Source: Eledone cirrhosa
Taxonomy: Eukaryota
NCBI GenBank assembly: GCA_964016885.1
Contig: CAXHJY010000371.1
Location: 1 to 52,624, forward strand
Length of the DNA: 52,624 nt
Reading direction: 5' to 3'
Shown here: positions 1-11,864 of the stretch, piece after piece
Layout of the letters: each line of letters opens with the position of its first letter
Numbering within the stretch: the stretch's first letter is position 1
The notes under the pieces: model-generated
Told to the model about the DNA's origin: nothing
Databases searched by the model: none
Seen by the model: the letters and a program-made list of their open reading frames with translations, nothing else
Translations under genes and position numbers: made by a program

Positions 1-1545
1 GTATCCGAAAGAACGTTTGTCTGGAAACTGGTGAGTCGAAAAAAAAATATCTCGGTGGTAGTAGCAAATATTCGTATGCGAAAGAAAAGATCTCGGTGGT
101 AGTAGCAAATATTCGAACGAGACATTCGTAGGCGAAAGAAAAATATCTCGGTGGTAGTAGCAAATATTCGAACGAGACATTCGTATGCGAAAGAACGTTT
201 GTCGGTGGTAGTAGCAAATATTCGAACGAGACATTCGTATGCGAAAGAACGTTTGTCTGGAAGTGGCGATCCATGCCCGGTGGATAGTTGGTTCCGGGTT
301 TTACTATGATTGTTGCAAAACAGAAACTTAAAGGGATTGACAGAATTTGCGATTACGGAGAGGGGGCGATCCGTCTGCTTGATTCCGATAACGAACGAGA
401 CATTCGTATCCGAAAGAACGTTTGTCTGGAAACTGGTGAGTCAGTGAGTCGAAAAAAAAATATCTCGGTGGTAGTAGCAAATATTCGAACGAGACATTCG
501 TATGCGAAAGAACGTTTGTCGGTGGTAGTAGCAAATATTCGAACGAGACATTCGTATGCGAAAGAACGTTTGTCTGGAAGTGGCGATCCATGCCCGGTGG
601 ATAGTTGGTTCCGGGTTTTACTATGATTGTTGCAAAACAGAAACTTAAAGGGATTGACAGAATTTGCGATTCCGGAGAGGGGGCGATCCGTCTGCTTGAT
701 TCCGATAACGAACGAGACATTCGTATCCGAAAGAACGTTTGTCTGGAAACTGGTGAGTCAGTGAGTCGAAAAAAAAATATCTCGGTGGTAGTAGCAAATA
801 TTCGTATGCGAAAGAAAAGATCTCGGTGGTAGTAGCAAATATTCGAACGAGACATTCGTAGGCGAAAGAAAAATATCTCGGTGGTAGTAGCAAATATTCG
901 AACGAGACATTCGTATGCGAAAGAACGTTTGTCGGTGGTAGTAGCAAATATTCGAACGAGACATTCGTATGCGAAAGAACGTTTGTCGGTGGTAGTAGCA
1001 AATATTCGAACGAGACATTCGTATGCGAAAGAACGTTTGTCGGTGGTAGTAGCAAATATTCGAACGAGACATTCGTATGCGAAAGAACGTTTGTCTGGAA
1101 GTGGCGATCCATGCCCGGTGGATAGTTGGTTCCGGGCTTTACTATGATTGTTGCAAAACAGAAACTTAAAGGGATTGACAGAATTTGCGATTCCGGAGAG
1201 GGGGCGATCCGTCTGCTTGATTCCGATAACGAACGAGACATTCGTATCCGAAAGAACGTTTGTCTGGAAACTGGTGAGTCAGTGAGTCGAAAAAAAAATA
1301 TCTCGGTGGTAGTAGCAAATATTCGTATGCGAAAGAAAAGATCTCGGTGGTAGTAGCAAATATTCGAACGAGACATTCGTATGCGAAAGAAAAATATCTC
1401 GGTGGTAGTAGCAAATATTCGAACGAGACATTCGTATTCGAAAGAACGTTTGTCTGGAAGTTGCGATCCATGCCCGGTGGATAGTTGGTTCCGGGCTTTA
1501 CTATGATTGTTGCAAAACAGAAACTTAAAGGAATTGACAGAATTT
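1..1545 (+). repeat. rRNA-derived satellite array (copy 1, truncated by window start); ~263-bp core plus variable numbers of a 54-bp subunit
   Basis: Tandem periods of 317 and 521 bp and a 54-bp subunit (CGGTGGTAGTAGCAAATATTCGAACGAGACATTCGTATGCGAAAGAACGTTTGT). It carries 18S-like motifs (GATTCCGGAGAGGG, GTCTGCTTGATTCCGATAACGAACGAGAC, GAAACTTAAAGGGATTGAC) and the 28S-like motif GATCTCGGTGGTAGTAGCAAATATTC. Confidence 0.9.
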
Positions 1546-1574
1546 TCGAATCGACATCAACTCGGCTACGGCTA

Positions 1575-1925
1575 TCCCGTCGAGTACGAGAGTATCGCGG
1601 GATCAGAGCAACGGTTTGCTAGGCTGCCTCTGAGCGATAACGGCTGAACGCCTCCTCTAAGCCGGAACCCTAGCCGGACCCGAGTTGTTTTTCGACAAGC
1701 GTCTCGACCTTCTTAAGGCCCATGCCTTAGTTTGGCGATTGCCGTCCGTTCGCCGACGGCGGCAGCGTCAGCGGAAATGCCATTCTGTGACGACTACGAC
1801 GATTCGTCGTCGTCGTCGTCCATTCGATTTCCTGAAAGAGATAGAGACTAAAGTGATCAAATTGTTCGGAGTTACGTGCTTAGTAGAGCAGCTACCACAC
1901 TGCAATCTATTGAGAGTTTTCTGAC
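1575..1925 (+). pseudogene. Degenerate 28S rRNA 3'-end fragment (copy 1)
   Basis: AGTACGAGAG (sarcin-ricin loop core) at 1583-1592, then GGCTGAACGCCTC..TAAG, then AGTAGAGCAGCTACC..TGCAATCTATTGA, in the canonical LSU 3' order but with large deletions. Confidence 0.8.
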
Positions 1926-2784
1926 GAACGATACAATCCGCCCACGTGGCGCCAGAAAGGGAGAAGAAAAGAAAAGTTAGACGCCGCCGATCGATCGGTT
2001 CGTTGTTTTACGTGTACACAGCTTGTGTGTGTGTCTGTATGTGATACAAGCCGCCTATCCGTCTTCCAAGTAAGTTTTGTGTGTAGACTGCGGAAAGAAA
2101 TCCAATCCGCCGTCTAGGCGGTTCTGCCGCCGACCCATACTTTTGCGAGTCGCTCCCGGGAAAGACAGGCGGCAAGACGGCGTGTATACACGACGCCTTC
2201 CGTCTTCCGCCTCGAACCCGGCAAACGTTCCTTTATTCGTCCACGCCTTCCCGCTTCGATCGCGAGAAAGTAATCAATCTGTTTTGTGTGTGTGTCTGTG
2301 TGTGATACAAATTTGTTTTCTTAATTTGATAACCATGAATTGTTTCAACACCGGCCCTTTTAAGGGCCACTTATATTTTCAATAATCAGTTTAAATGGGT
2401 TGCACCGTAGCCACTTGGTAATACACTGCAAATCTCCCGTCAATCTATGAAGGTTTTGTAGTAGATTAGATCAAAACACAATCAGCAAGACAGTAATGGA
2501 ATGAATAATATAAACATTTGTTTATAATTAAAGCCTTAAGATGTCCCTCCCTCCCTCCCTTCCTTCCTTCCTTCCTTCCTTCCTTCCTTCCTTCCTTACG
2601 ATATACACTTTAATAACATTGAAACTTATTTAATAAGTTTAAATTTTAAACACTTTTTATTCAGACGTACCGCGATAAGTAACTAGATATGTTCTAACGA
2701 ATAATCCGCGATGTGGCGAGGATTACCGCGATAGGAAATTAGATACGTTCCAAAGAAATATCCGCGAAAAGTGAACCGCGATAT

Positions 2785-2865
2785 AGCGGGTTCACCAGCC
2801 AGTGTATTACTGGTACTTTATTTTATCGACCCCCATAAGGATGAAAGGCAAAGTTAACTGTGCAA
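2785..2865 (-). mobile_element. SINE fragment (octopus-type tRNA-SINE body)
   Basis: Reverse complement of TTAACTTTGCCTTTCATCCTTA..GGGGTCGATAAAATAAAGTACCAGT, also present at 3.1, 8.2, 12.7, 24.3 and 27.9 kb. Confidence 0.65.
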
Positions 2866-2953
2866 TAACAAAGGGAGATAACCTCGTCTTTTTTTTTTTA
2901 CGGAGTTATTTCCCTTTAAATTTTATCTATTACTTATGATGATACAATTTAAT

Positions 2954-3085
2954 CAGTTCTTAGCTGTCGAGACACTGCATCCTTTAAAACCTCCATGGAA
3001 CAAGCTACCTGCAACAGTTGTTAGCTGTCGAGACACTGCATCTTTTAAAACCTCCATGGAACAAACTACCTGCATCAGTTGTTAG
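2954..3085 (+). repeat. 61-bp tandem repeat (~2.2 copies) derived from the 3' end of CR1 ORF2
   Basis: TTAGCTGTCGAGACACTGCATCCTTTAA and CATGGAACAAACTACCTGC match the reverse complement of ~15280-15340 (WNKLPASIVSCRDTASFK). Confidence 0.8.
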
Positions 3086-3143
3086 GGTCTGAGTTCAAAT
3101 CACGCCGAGGAGGTTAACTTTGCCTTTCATCCTTACGGGGTCG
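3086..3143 (+). mobile_element. SINE fragment with B-box-like GAGTTCAAATC
   Basis: Nearly identical to 12658-12712. Confidence 0.65.
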
Positions 3144-3351
3144 GTCGGAAAACGAACCATTCCCGGTTCGCTTTCGAAGCGGGTTTCCGAAAACAGCGCT
3201 TCTCTCGACCGGGCCCGTCGTCCGCTCGGCGGTGGTTTTCATCGTCCCAGGCACGGCTAACAGGCGGAGACGGGACAAACGCGCGTGTTCCTTTTTTTAT
3301 CAGCCGCAGCGCCGTTCGTATATATGCTTAGGTTGTTTTTTTTTTAAATAT

Positions 3352-3584
3352 CCTAAGTTAAGTTGGGGCTAAGTTAAGTTGGGGCTAAGTTAAGTTGAGG
3401 TTAAGTTGAGTTGGGGTTAAGTTAAGTGGGGGTTAAGTTAAGCTGGGGTTAAGTTAAGTTGAGGTTAAGTTAAGTTGGGGTTAAGTCAAGTTGGGGTTAA
3501 GTTAAGTTGGGGTTAAGTTAGGTTGGGGTTAAGTTAGGTTGGGGTTAAGTTAAGTTGGGGTTAAGTTAGGTTGCGGTTAAGTTA
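3352..3584 (+). repeat. 15-bp G-rich tandem repeat (GTTAAGTTAAGTTGGG-like), telomere-like
   Basis: About 15 copies of TTAAG-TTAAG-TTGGGG with TTAGG variants. Confidence 0.95.
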
Positions 3585-6500
3585 CATTCGCCGCCGGACT
3601 TCAGCTTCCTCATTTAGCATGGGCAGTTTTTCTTGAAAATCACACCACACACAGCAAATGTGTGTCCGCACATGTACCAGTAATTACAGATCGATTCCGG
3701 TGAAAATTCACTGAAAACGGGCCATCCGGCCCTGTGCGTCGATCGTGGGCCGGCCGGATGTTGACGGATCGATGTGTAATTAGAAGTACATGTGCGGACA
3801 CTCATTGGCTGTGCGTGGTATGCATTTCAGCAAGATATCTCCGTAACATCAAGAGTTATGGCTGTGGAGGCACACCTAGTCAAACGTAAACAAGGTCTGG
3901 AGCGTTTACGCTTCGCGATTTTGTTTACGTTTGACTAGGTGTGCCTCCACAGCCACAACTCTTGATGTTACGGAGATATCTTGCTGAAATGCATACCGCG
4001 CACAGCCAATGAGTGTCCGCACATGTACTTCTAATTACACATCGATCCGTCAACATCCGGCCGGCCCACGATCGACGCACAGGGCCGGATGGCCCGTTTT
4101 CAGTGAATTTTCACCGGAATCGATCTGTAATTACTGGTACATGTGCGGAGACACATTTGCTGTGTGTGGTGTGATTTTCAAGAAAAGCTGCCCATGCTAA
4201 ATGAGGAAGCTGAAGTCCGCCGGCGAATGGTGTGCTTCGAAGAAAACTAATTCGAAAATGACCGTTTGCAGGCGGAGTAACCTTTTCGATCGTGGGCCAG
4301 CCGCCCGTGGTGGGATCCATCTGTAATTACTGGTACATGTGCGGACATACATTTGCTGTGTGTGGTGTGATTTTCAAGAAGAACTGCCCATGCTAAATGA
4401 GGAAGCTGAAGTCCGCCGGCGAATGGTGTGCTTCGAAGAAAACTAATTCGAAAATGACCGTTTGCAGGCGGGGTAACCTTTTCGATCGTGGGCCAGCCGC
4501 CCGTGGTGGGATACATCTGTAATTACTGGTACATGTGCGGACACACATTTGCTGTGTGTGGTGTGATTTTCGAGAAAGACTGCCCATGCTAAATGAGGAA
4601 GCTGAAGTCCGCCGGCGAATGGTGTGCTTCGAAGAAAACTAATTCGAAAATGACTATTTGCCGGCGGAATCACCTTTTCGGTCCTGGTCCGGCCGGATCT
4701 TGCCGGATCGATCGGAAATTTGTGGACCATGTTCGGAAGGCCATTGTGCATGTGTGGTGAAAAAAATTTGTGTCGAAATCTTCTCGGAAAATAACGGATC
4801 GCCGGCGGAGATTGCCATTTCGATCGTGGGCCGGCCGGATCTTGTCGGATCGATTCGGACATATGTGCATCGTGTTCGCAAGGCCCTTGTCTATGTGTGG
4901 TGTGATTTTCATAAAGAAATTCCGAAAAACCCAGTTTTAAATCTGATTTCGCCAAAGAATTTTGGCTATCAGATCGGGTTGAAAGGTATGGTTTCAGGTC
5001 GATCTGAAAGTCTAAAATGGAATTCACTCGGTTAGCTAACTATTGATATTTCGGAGATATCTTTCTGAAAATCACACCACACACTCCCAATGAGTGTCTG
5101 CACATGTACCAGTAATTACAGATGGATCCCACCACGGGCGGCCGGCCCACGATCGAAAAGGTTACTCCGAAGCACACCATTCGCCGGCGGAATTCATTTA
5201 GCATGGGCAGTTTTTCTCGAAAATCACACCACACACAGCCAATGAGTGTCCGCACATGTACCAGTAATTACAGATGGATCCCACCACGGGCGGCTGGCCC
5301 ACGATCGAAAAGGTTACTCCGCCTGCAAACGGTCATTTTCGAATTAGTTTTCTTCGAAGCACACCATTCGCCGGCGGACTTCAGCTTCCTCATTTAGCAT
5401 GGGCAGTTTTTCTCGAAAATCACACCACACACAGCAAATGTGTGTCCGCACATGTACCAGTAATTACAGATCGATTCCGGTGAAAATTCACTGAAAACGG
5501 GCCATTCTGCCCTGTGCGTCGATCGTGGGCCGGCCGGATGTTGACGGATCGATGTGTAATTAGAAGTACATGTGCGGACACTCATTGGCTGTGCGTGGTA
5601 TGCATTTCAGCAAGATATCTCCGTAACATCAAGAGTTATGGCTGTGGAGGCACACCTAGTCAAACGTAAACAAGCTCTGGAGCGTATACGCTTCGCGATT
5701 TTGTTTACGTTTGACTAGGTGTGCCTCCACAGCCACAACTCTTGATGTTACGGAGATATCTTGCTGAAATGCATACCACGCACAGCCAATGAGTGTCCGC
5801 ACATGTACTTCTAATTACACATCGATCCGTCAACATCCGGCCGGCCCACGATCGACGCACAGGGCCGGATGGCCCGTTTTCAGTGAATTTTCACCGGAAT
5901 CGATCTGTAATTACTGGTACATGTGCGGACACACATTTGCTGTGTGTGGTGTGATTTTCACGAAAAACTGCCCATGCTAAATGAGGAAGCTGAAGTCCGC
6001 CGGCGAATGGTGTGCTTCGAAGAAAACTAATTCGAAAATGACCGTTTGCAGGCGGAGTAACCTTTTCGATCGTGGGCCAGCCGCCCGTGGTGGGATACAT
6101 CTGTAATTACTGGTACATGTGCGGACACACATTTGCTGTGTGTGGTGTGATTTTCGAGAAAGACTGCCCATGCTAAATGAGGAAGCTGAAGTCCGCCGGC
6201 GAATGGTGTGCTTCGAAGAAAACTAATTCGAAAATGACTATTTGCCGGCGGAATCACCTTTTCGGTCCTGGTCCGGCCGGATCTTGCCGGATCGATCGGA
6301 AATTTGTGGACCATGTTCGGAAGGCCATTGTGCATGTGTGGTGAAAAAAATTTGTGTCGAAATCTTCTCGGAAAATAACGGATCGCCGGCGGAGATTGCC
6401 ATTTCGATCGTGGGCCGGCCGGATCTTGTCGGATCGATTCGGACATATGTGCATCGTGTTCGCAAGGCCCTTGTCTATGTGTGGTGTGATTTTCATAAAG

Positions 6501-7415
6501 AAATTCCGAAAAACCCAGTTTTAAATCTGATTTCGCCAAAGAATTTTGGCTATCAGATCGGGTTGAAAGGTATGGTTTCAGGTCGATCTGAAAGTCTAAA
6601 ATGGAATTCACTCGGTTAGCTAACTATTGATATATCGGAGATATCTTTCTGAAAATCACACCACACACTCCCAATGAGTGTCTGCACATGTACCAGTAAT
6701 TACAGATGGATCCCACCACGGGCGGCCGGCCCACGATCGAAAAGGTTACTCCGAAGCACACCATTCGCCGGCGGAATTCATTTAGCATGGGCAGTTTTTC
6801 TCGAAAATCACACCACACACAGCCAATGAGTGTCCGCACATGTACCAGTAATTACAGATGGATCCCACCACGGGCGGCTGGCCCACGATCGAAAAGGTTA
6901 CTCCGCCTGCAAACGGTCATTTTCGAATTAGTTTTCTTCGAAGCACACCATTCGCCGGCGGACTTCAGCTTCCTCATTTAGCATGGGCAGTTTTTCTTGA
7001 AAATCACACCACACACAGCAAATGTGTGTCCGCACATGTACCAGTAATTACAGATCGATTCCGGTGAAAATTCACTGAAAACGGGCCATTCGGCCCTGTG
7101 CGTCGATCGTGGGCCGGCCGGATGTTGACGGATCGATGTGTAATTAGAAGTACATGTGCGGACACTCATTGGCTGTGCGTGGTATGCATTTCACTAAGAT
7201 ATCTCCGTAACATCAAGAGTTATGGCTGTGGAGGCACACCTAGTCAAACGTAAACAAGGTCTGGAGCGTTTACGCTTCGCGATTTTGTTTACGTTTGACT
7301 AGGTGTGCCTCCACAGCGACAACTCTTGATGTTACGGAGATATCTTGCTGAAATTCATACCACGCACAGCCAATGAGTGTCCGCACATGTACCTGTAATT
7401 ACACATCGATCCGAC
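3585..7415. repeat. Palindromic higher-order satellite, array 1 (1584-bp period, 196-bp subunits)
   Basis: Identical ORF translations recur at +1584 (4443 and 6027) and on opposite strands (3614- and 4009+). Palindrome centres at ~3907, 5687 and 7271. Confidence 0.95.
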
Positions 7416-7500
7416 GACGGACAGAGTATTCGGTTTATTTTCTTGACATATTTCTTTACATATTGTCCAGGCATGCACTTTTTCCATGATTAGTTCTGTT

Positions 7501-7555
7501 GACGGCCCGCTTTCCAAAATACCTTATCCTGTGCAACGCCGGGTACCACTGCTAG
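7501..7555 (+). mobile_element. Helitron-type 3' terminus
   Basis: Subterminal GC hairpin CCTGTGCAACGCCGGG, then CTAG (7552-7555), then T. This is the canonical Helitron 3' signature; a homologue lies at 10646-10700 (-). Confidence 0.75.
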
Positions 7556-7774
7556 TATATATATGTGTATGTATATATATATATATATATTGGTAAACGG
7601 AATAGAAAATTGTGACAAATTGTTCACAGTGAAAAATAGTTTAATTAGGAATAAGTGATAATTAGTAATAGTATTGGTTAGTATTAAGTTTTGGTTTTAA
7701 GTTTTACCGGTTGCGCATTTCTAATGCTTTTCAAAAATAATTTTGAGATAGAGCGTCCGTGATGTTTGCTCTGA

Positions 7775-7820
<46 letters not shown>

Positions 7821-7959
7821 AACAGTAGAAAGGAAAAAGATTTTTTCAGTAGAAATTGCTGAAGAGATTCTTTCAGTGTAATTTCAAAACATTAATTTAT
7901 TTATAAAGTGGATATTTCCACATTTAATAATGGCACTGGGTTCAGCATTATATACATTG

Positions 7960-8297
7960 TCAATTGTGGATTCTACTTTTGGCACAAGGGCTGCAATTAT
8001 CCAGTACATTACTGGTACTTTATTATTTATACAAATAATAATTGTTTCTACTTTTGGCACAAGGGCAGCAATTACCCAGTACATTACTGGTACTTTATTA
8101 TTTATACAAATAATAATTGTTTCTACTTTAGGCACAAGGTCAGCAATTACCCAGTACATTACTGGTACTTTATTATTTATACAAATAATAATTGTTTCTA
8201 CTTTAGGCACAAGGTCAGCAATTACCCCAGTACTTTATTTTATCGACCCCGTAAGGATGAAAGAAAAGTTAACCTCAACGGGATTTGAACTCAGTCT
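7960..8297 (-). repeat. 81-bp tandem repeat (~3 copies) amplified from a SINE tail, attached to the SINE body
   Basis: Three copies of ATAATTGTTTCTACTTTAGGCACAAGG..CCAGTACATTACTGGTACTTTATT, continuing into TTTATCGACCCCGTAAGGATGAAAG..GGATTTGAACTCAG. Confidence 0.75.
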
Positions 8298-8385
8298 GTA
8301 AAGGGAGGTAACTGCTGGATTAATTTGGTTAATTAAGTTAACAGAAATTATGAACCGGTTTCTACAGAGCCTTCTGGACATTTAA

Positions 8386-8606
8386 CCCTTTAGCATTTAA
8401 ACCAGCCATACCTAGCCAGAATACTCTCACATCTTTCTGTTCAAACCAGCCATAACTGGCCACTCATACTGACGTTAAGGTATTGTTCTCAATATAAATA
8501 ATATCAAAATCTCATAGATTCGATATTATATGAGATAATTATGTAAGATAAAGCCTTTACCACAAAAATACAATAGTATATATAGAGTAATAAAAATGCT
8601 AAAGGG
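8386..8606. mobile_element. piggyBac-like MITE (221 bp)
   Basis: TIRs CCCTTTAGCATTT and AAATGCTAAAGGG, flanked by TTAA (left) and TAAA (right, one mismatch). Confidence 0.8.
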
Positions 8607-8899
8607 TAAAAGTAGCTTATTATTTTGTGAGCTCTTGCTACTTATTGCTCTTGTGCATCAAGAACATACACAGCTTACATTTTGTTGCTAATCTCACTGA
8701 GATCCAACTACATCTCTTGTTTATCCATAGTTTGGAATTTCTACCTACTCCTTTCCTTTAGAATGATCAAGGCCATTTTCTTGTGGGGATCTAGGCCCTG
8801 TTTTCCTTTCTATTTTGCCAAGTTATCTTACATCACTTTCATTCTAGACCATGCTTCCAGGTTTGGAATTTCTCCTCTAATTTTACCACAGATTAAGTG

Positions 8900-10500
8900 A
8901 CAAGGGTTCAATCATGTGCATACAGGAGTTCCCATGGACAGCCAGTAATATGTAATAGCCTGCAGGATGATAATAAACAGAAGAGGGTTAATTACAGAGC
9001 CCTGATAGAGGGTTAATAACAGAGCCCTGATAGACTTGTTCACTCAACTCCTCACTATAGCCATCATTACTTTTAACCTTACTGACTGCTCCTCCATACA
9101 TGGCTTTTACTGCTCTCACAAGCCACTCATATACCCCTAGTTTTCTAAGTTATACACCAGATTAGGGAAGGGGGAAGTCTCACAGAAGCTCTCTCTGGGT
9201 CAACAAATGCCAAGTAGAGGGGCTTATTTTAGCTAGGTACTACTCTTGCAGTTGCCACACAAGGAAGAGGACATCAGTGGTACTTTTACCTGGCACAAAT
9301 CCAAACTTCATCTCATCTAGGTTAACTTGGTCCCTAATCAGCTGTGTTATAAATCTAACACCTTCATGAAGTGGTCCATCTAATATCTCTATAGTTTTCT
9401 AGCTCTAGTACATCTCCTTTGCCCTTGTAGCAGTTGATGATGATGATACTACACCATTTATTTGGTATGACACCATTTTGTATTACATGCTGTACGATAC
9501 CAGTGGTTAAGATGTGACCCACCATCCCAGATACTTTCAGTATCTCAGCAACTATCACCAATGGACAAGATACTTTCTCTGTCTTCATATCCTTAATTAC
9601 CTTACTTCATATCCTTAATTACCTTACTGCTTACTTGTATGGCTGGACCCTCTGTTGGGCCCACTTTCCGTAGACTATCTTCCTCCCATGCATTCTCCTC
9701 ATTCAGTAATCTTTCATAAAGGCATTTCCATGTTACAAAGGTTGGCTGAAAAGTTCATAGACTATCAATGATAGCATGATGCTAGAGCTGTGAAATCTTG
9801 CCTGCATTAATTTCAACTCTTCTTATTAATAACTGCATTGTTTCCTTCCAGGGACTATGTTGAAAAATAAACCTCATTTGGTCATTCCATGAGTGTATCT
9901 TGGTCTGCCTATGAACTTTTCAGCTGACCCTATTCAGCATCAGTGAGCCCAAATGCCCCATTATCATCCTGGACACACTTTACCCCAACATCACAATTTG
10001 CCCTCACACACTGCCTCACAATCCTGAACATCTCATGTATTTCATCCTCACATCATAAAACCAACTGAAATTATATATTCTCTGCTTCCCTCCTTGCAAA
10101 GAATACTTCTTGCCTAGCTTCCTGTAGTGTACCCTCCAGCTGCCTCCATTCTGCCATTATTCCATGCCTGTCTCTTGGCCTTAACTGTCTCATCTACCCT
10201 AGTGTTTCACCACCAAGATACTCTCCTCTCTGAAGCCCTGCTCCAGCCACAGATCTAGTTTGACACCTTCAGCAAAGGTTCTTTAAGGAACTCCCACTGT
10301 TCCCCTATATTGTATGTTTCTATTTGTTCTTCCTTACTGTTGTAAAGATCAAACAAAATATCTCTAAATTTGGAACTGGCTGAGGGGTCCTTTAACTTCC
10401 ATATCCTTCTCCTCCAAGTTGCCCTCAGTCTTCAAGTTCATCTAAGTCTATGAAATCACTAACTACTGGGTTATGTTGGGAGGTGCATTCTTCCCCAGGG
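8900..10500 (-). pseudogene. Decayed RTE-clade LINE reverse-transcriptase region
   Basis: Remnant YKGKGDVLELENYR and GFVPGKSTTD-like motifs, with many stops and frameshifts. Confidence 0.75.
9734..9934. mobile_element. Tc1/mariner-like MITE nested in the RTE remnant
   Basis: Imperfect TIRs TA-CAAAGGTTGGCTGAAAAGTTCATAG and CTATGAACTTTTCAGCTGACCCT. Confidence 0.65.
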
Positions 10501-10645
10501 GGTGGGGATTGTGTGTTTACAAATGTCAATATCTCATCTTCTGGTGAGGATAAAAATCTGACTGGCATGCTCCTCTGACCAATAGGTGTTGAAGTGGTTG
10601 TCGGGTAAACGTTAAGACCCTCTGATATACATATATATATATATA

Positions 10646-10700
10646 CTAGCAGTGGTACCCGGCGTTGCACGGGATAACGTATTTCGGAACGCGGGCCGCC
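10646..10700 (-). mobile_element. Helitron-type 3' terminus (second copy)
   Basis: A-CTAGCAGTGGTACCCGGCGTTGCACGGGATA is the reverse complement of the hairpin+CTAG end; it abuts a (TA)n tract. Confidence 0.75.
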
Positions 10701-10989
10701 ATCTTCCACTTCAGCCGGTCGCCCTAAAGTGTTGGCTATTCAGTCTACTTGAGGCCAGTTGGTGAGGGGGGGTAAAGCTTTCAGTGTGCTACTACCCTCA
10801 CGGTCAAATAGAAAGGGAGAGGAAGAAAAGTCAGCGTTAATATCGTGCTACACGTTTGAAAGGTTGGATGACCTTAGAGTTCACCAGGGTGGGGGGTTCT
10901 AAAAGTATCTATCTTGGTATTTTATCTTAGAAGTAATCATTACAGAGTGTACTGGGTGTATTTTAGTGGGCAGTAATTCCATAAAGAAC

Positions 10990-11770
10990 ACAGTATAATC
11001 TGTGGACACAAGCCTTGCAGTGTGATTACAGGCAGGTTAATGGGAAAGATAGATTATATATGTGACATGATGTACATGAGAAGTGAGGACACAGACCACA
11101 CATGAAATAGATTCCTACAACTGTCAGGGAGGCTCCCTAGAATTACAGATGACATATTTCAATATCTCGGTGATCAAGTTAGCAGTGGAGGAAGAATCTC
11201 TAAAAGTGTAATACCCAGGATAAGGACAGGCTGGAAGAAGTTTAGAGTACTGTTCCATCTGTTGACAACAAAGGGCTTCTCTCTCAGAATGGAGGCTAGA
11301 CTGCTTGATACTTATGTGTGGTCTGCAATCTACACCCCAGCCATGCCCCTTCCACTACCACTCCTTAGCTATTTCTCTCCATTAATACTCCTCACATTTC
11401 AAGCAGTTTTCTCATCTCAATGAAAGAAAAATATTGGGCTCAAGAGAAGTCTTCAGTTATGCCATGGTGTGGCAACCTCCCTAGGGTTGGGCAGAGTGTA
11501 AATGAGAGTGAAATTAGGTATGAGAGGGATCATATGCAGTATACAAGAGAGTAGATTACATTGGTATGGTCATGTGATGGGTATAAAGGATGACAGCTGT
11601 ATAAAAATGTGCTGGGCAATCAAAGTTGATGGAAGTTATGAAGGCGGAAGACCCAGGATGACCTGGGATGAGGTGATAAAAGATGACTTTGCACAATTGC
11701 AACTCTCAAAGACAATGACACAGGATAGAGATCTTGAGATGTATGCAGCAATACAGAAGGCCTGCTTTCC
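10990..11770 (+). pseudogene. Decayed RTE-clade LINE 3' region
   Basis: RLHWYGHVM..GGRPRMTWDEVIKDD is a typical RTE ORF C-terminus; upstream YLGD..SSGG..RIRTGWKKF-like remnant. Confidence 0.75.
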
Positions 11771-11864
11771 AATGTGCACGGACTCAAACATACATCTAGT
11801 AGGCCCCTCCTAACCACTATACTCCTTTCCAAACTCCCACACTCCCACTTCTGTACACACCACC

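Noticed and set aside
288-1471. Repeat proteins VVVANIRTRHSYAKERLS and similar
   Set aside because: These arise because the 54-bp subunit is a multiple of three.
1546-1572. 5.8S rRNA remnant (ATCGACATCAACTCGGCT; also CGGTGGAT in the monomer)
   Set aside because: The matches are too short to support without an alignment.
3880-3935. Paired forkhead sites (GTAAACAA) at the palindrome centres as a regulatory element
   Set aside because: A short motif that is duplicated automatically by the inversion; there is no independent support.
3585-7415. Multi-copy protein genes (63-270 aa ORFs) in the palindromic arrays, or a viral genome with hairpin ends
   Set aside because: ORFs overlap in all frames, have no recognisable domain, and are broken by copy-specific indels and stops; no Rep, capsid or polymerase ORF is present.
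7501-10700. One 3.2-kb TIR transposon bounded by the inverted 55-bp sequences
   Set aside because: The CTAG ends face inward and the interior is unrelated decayed repeats; two separate Helitron-type ends explain it better.
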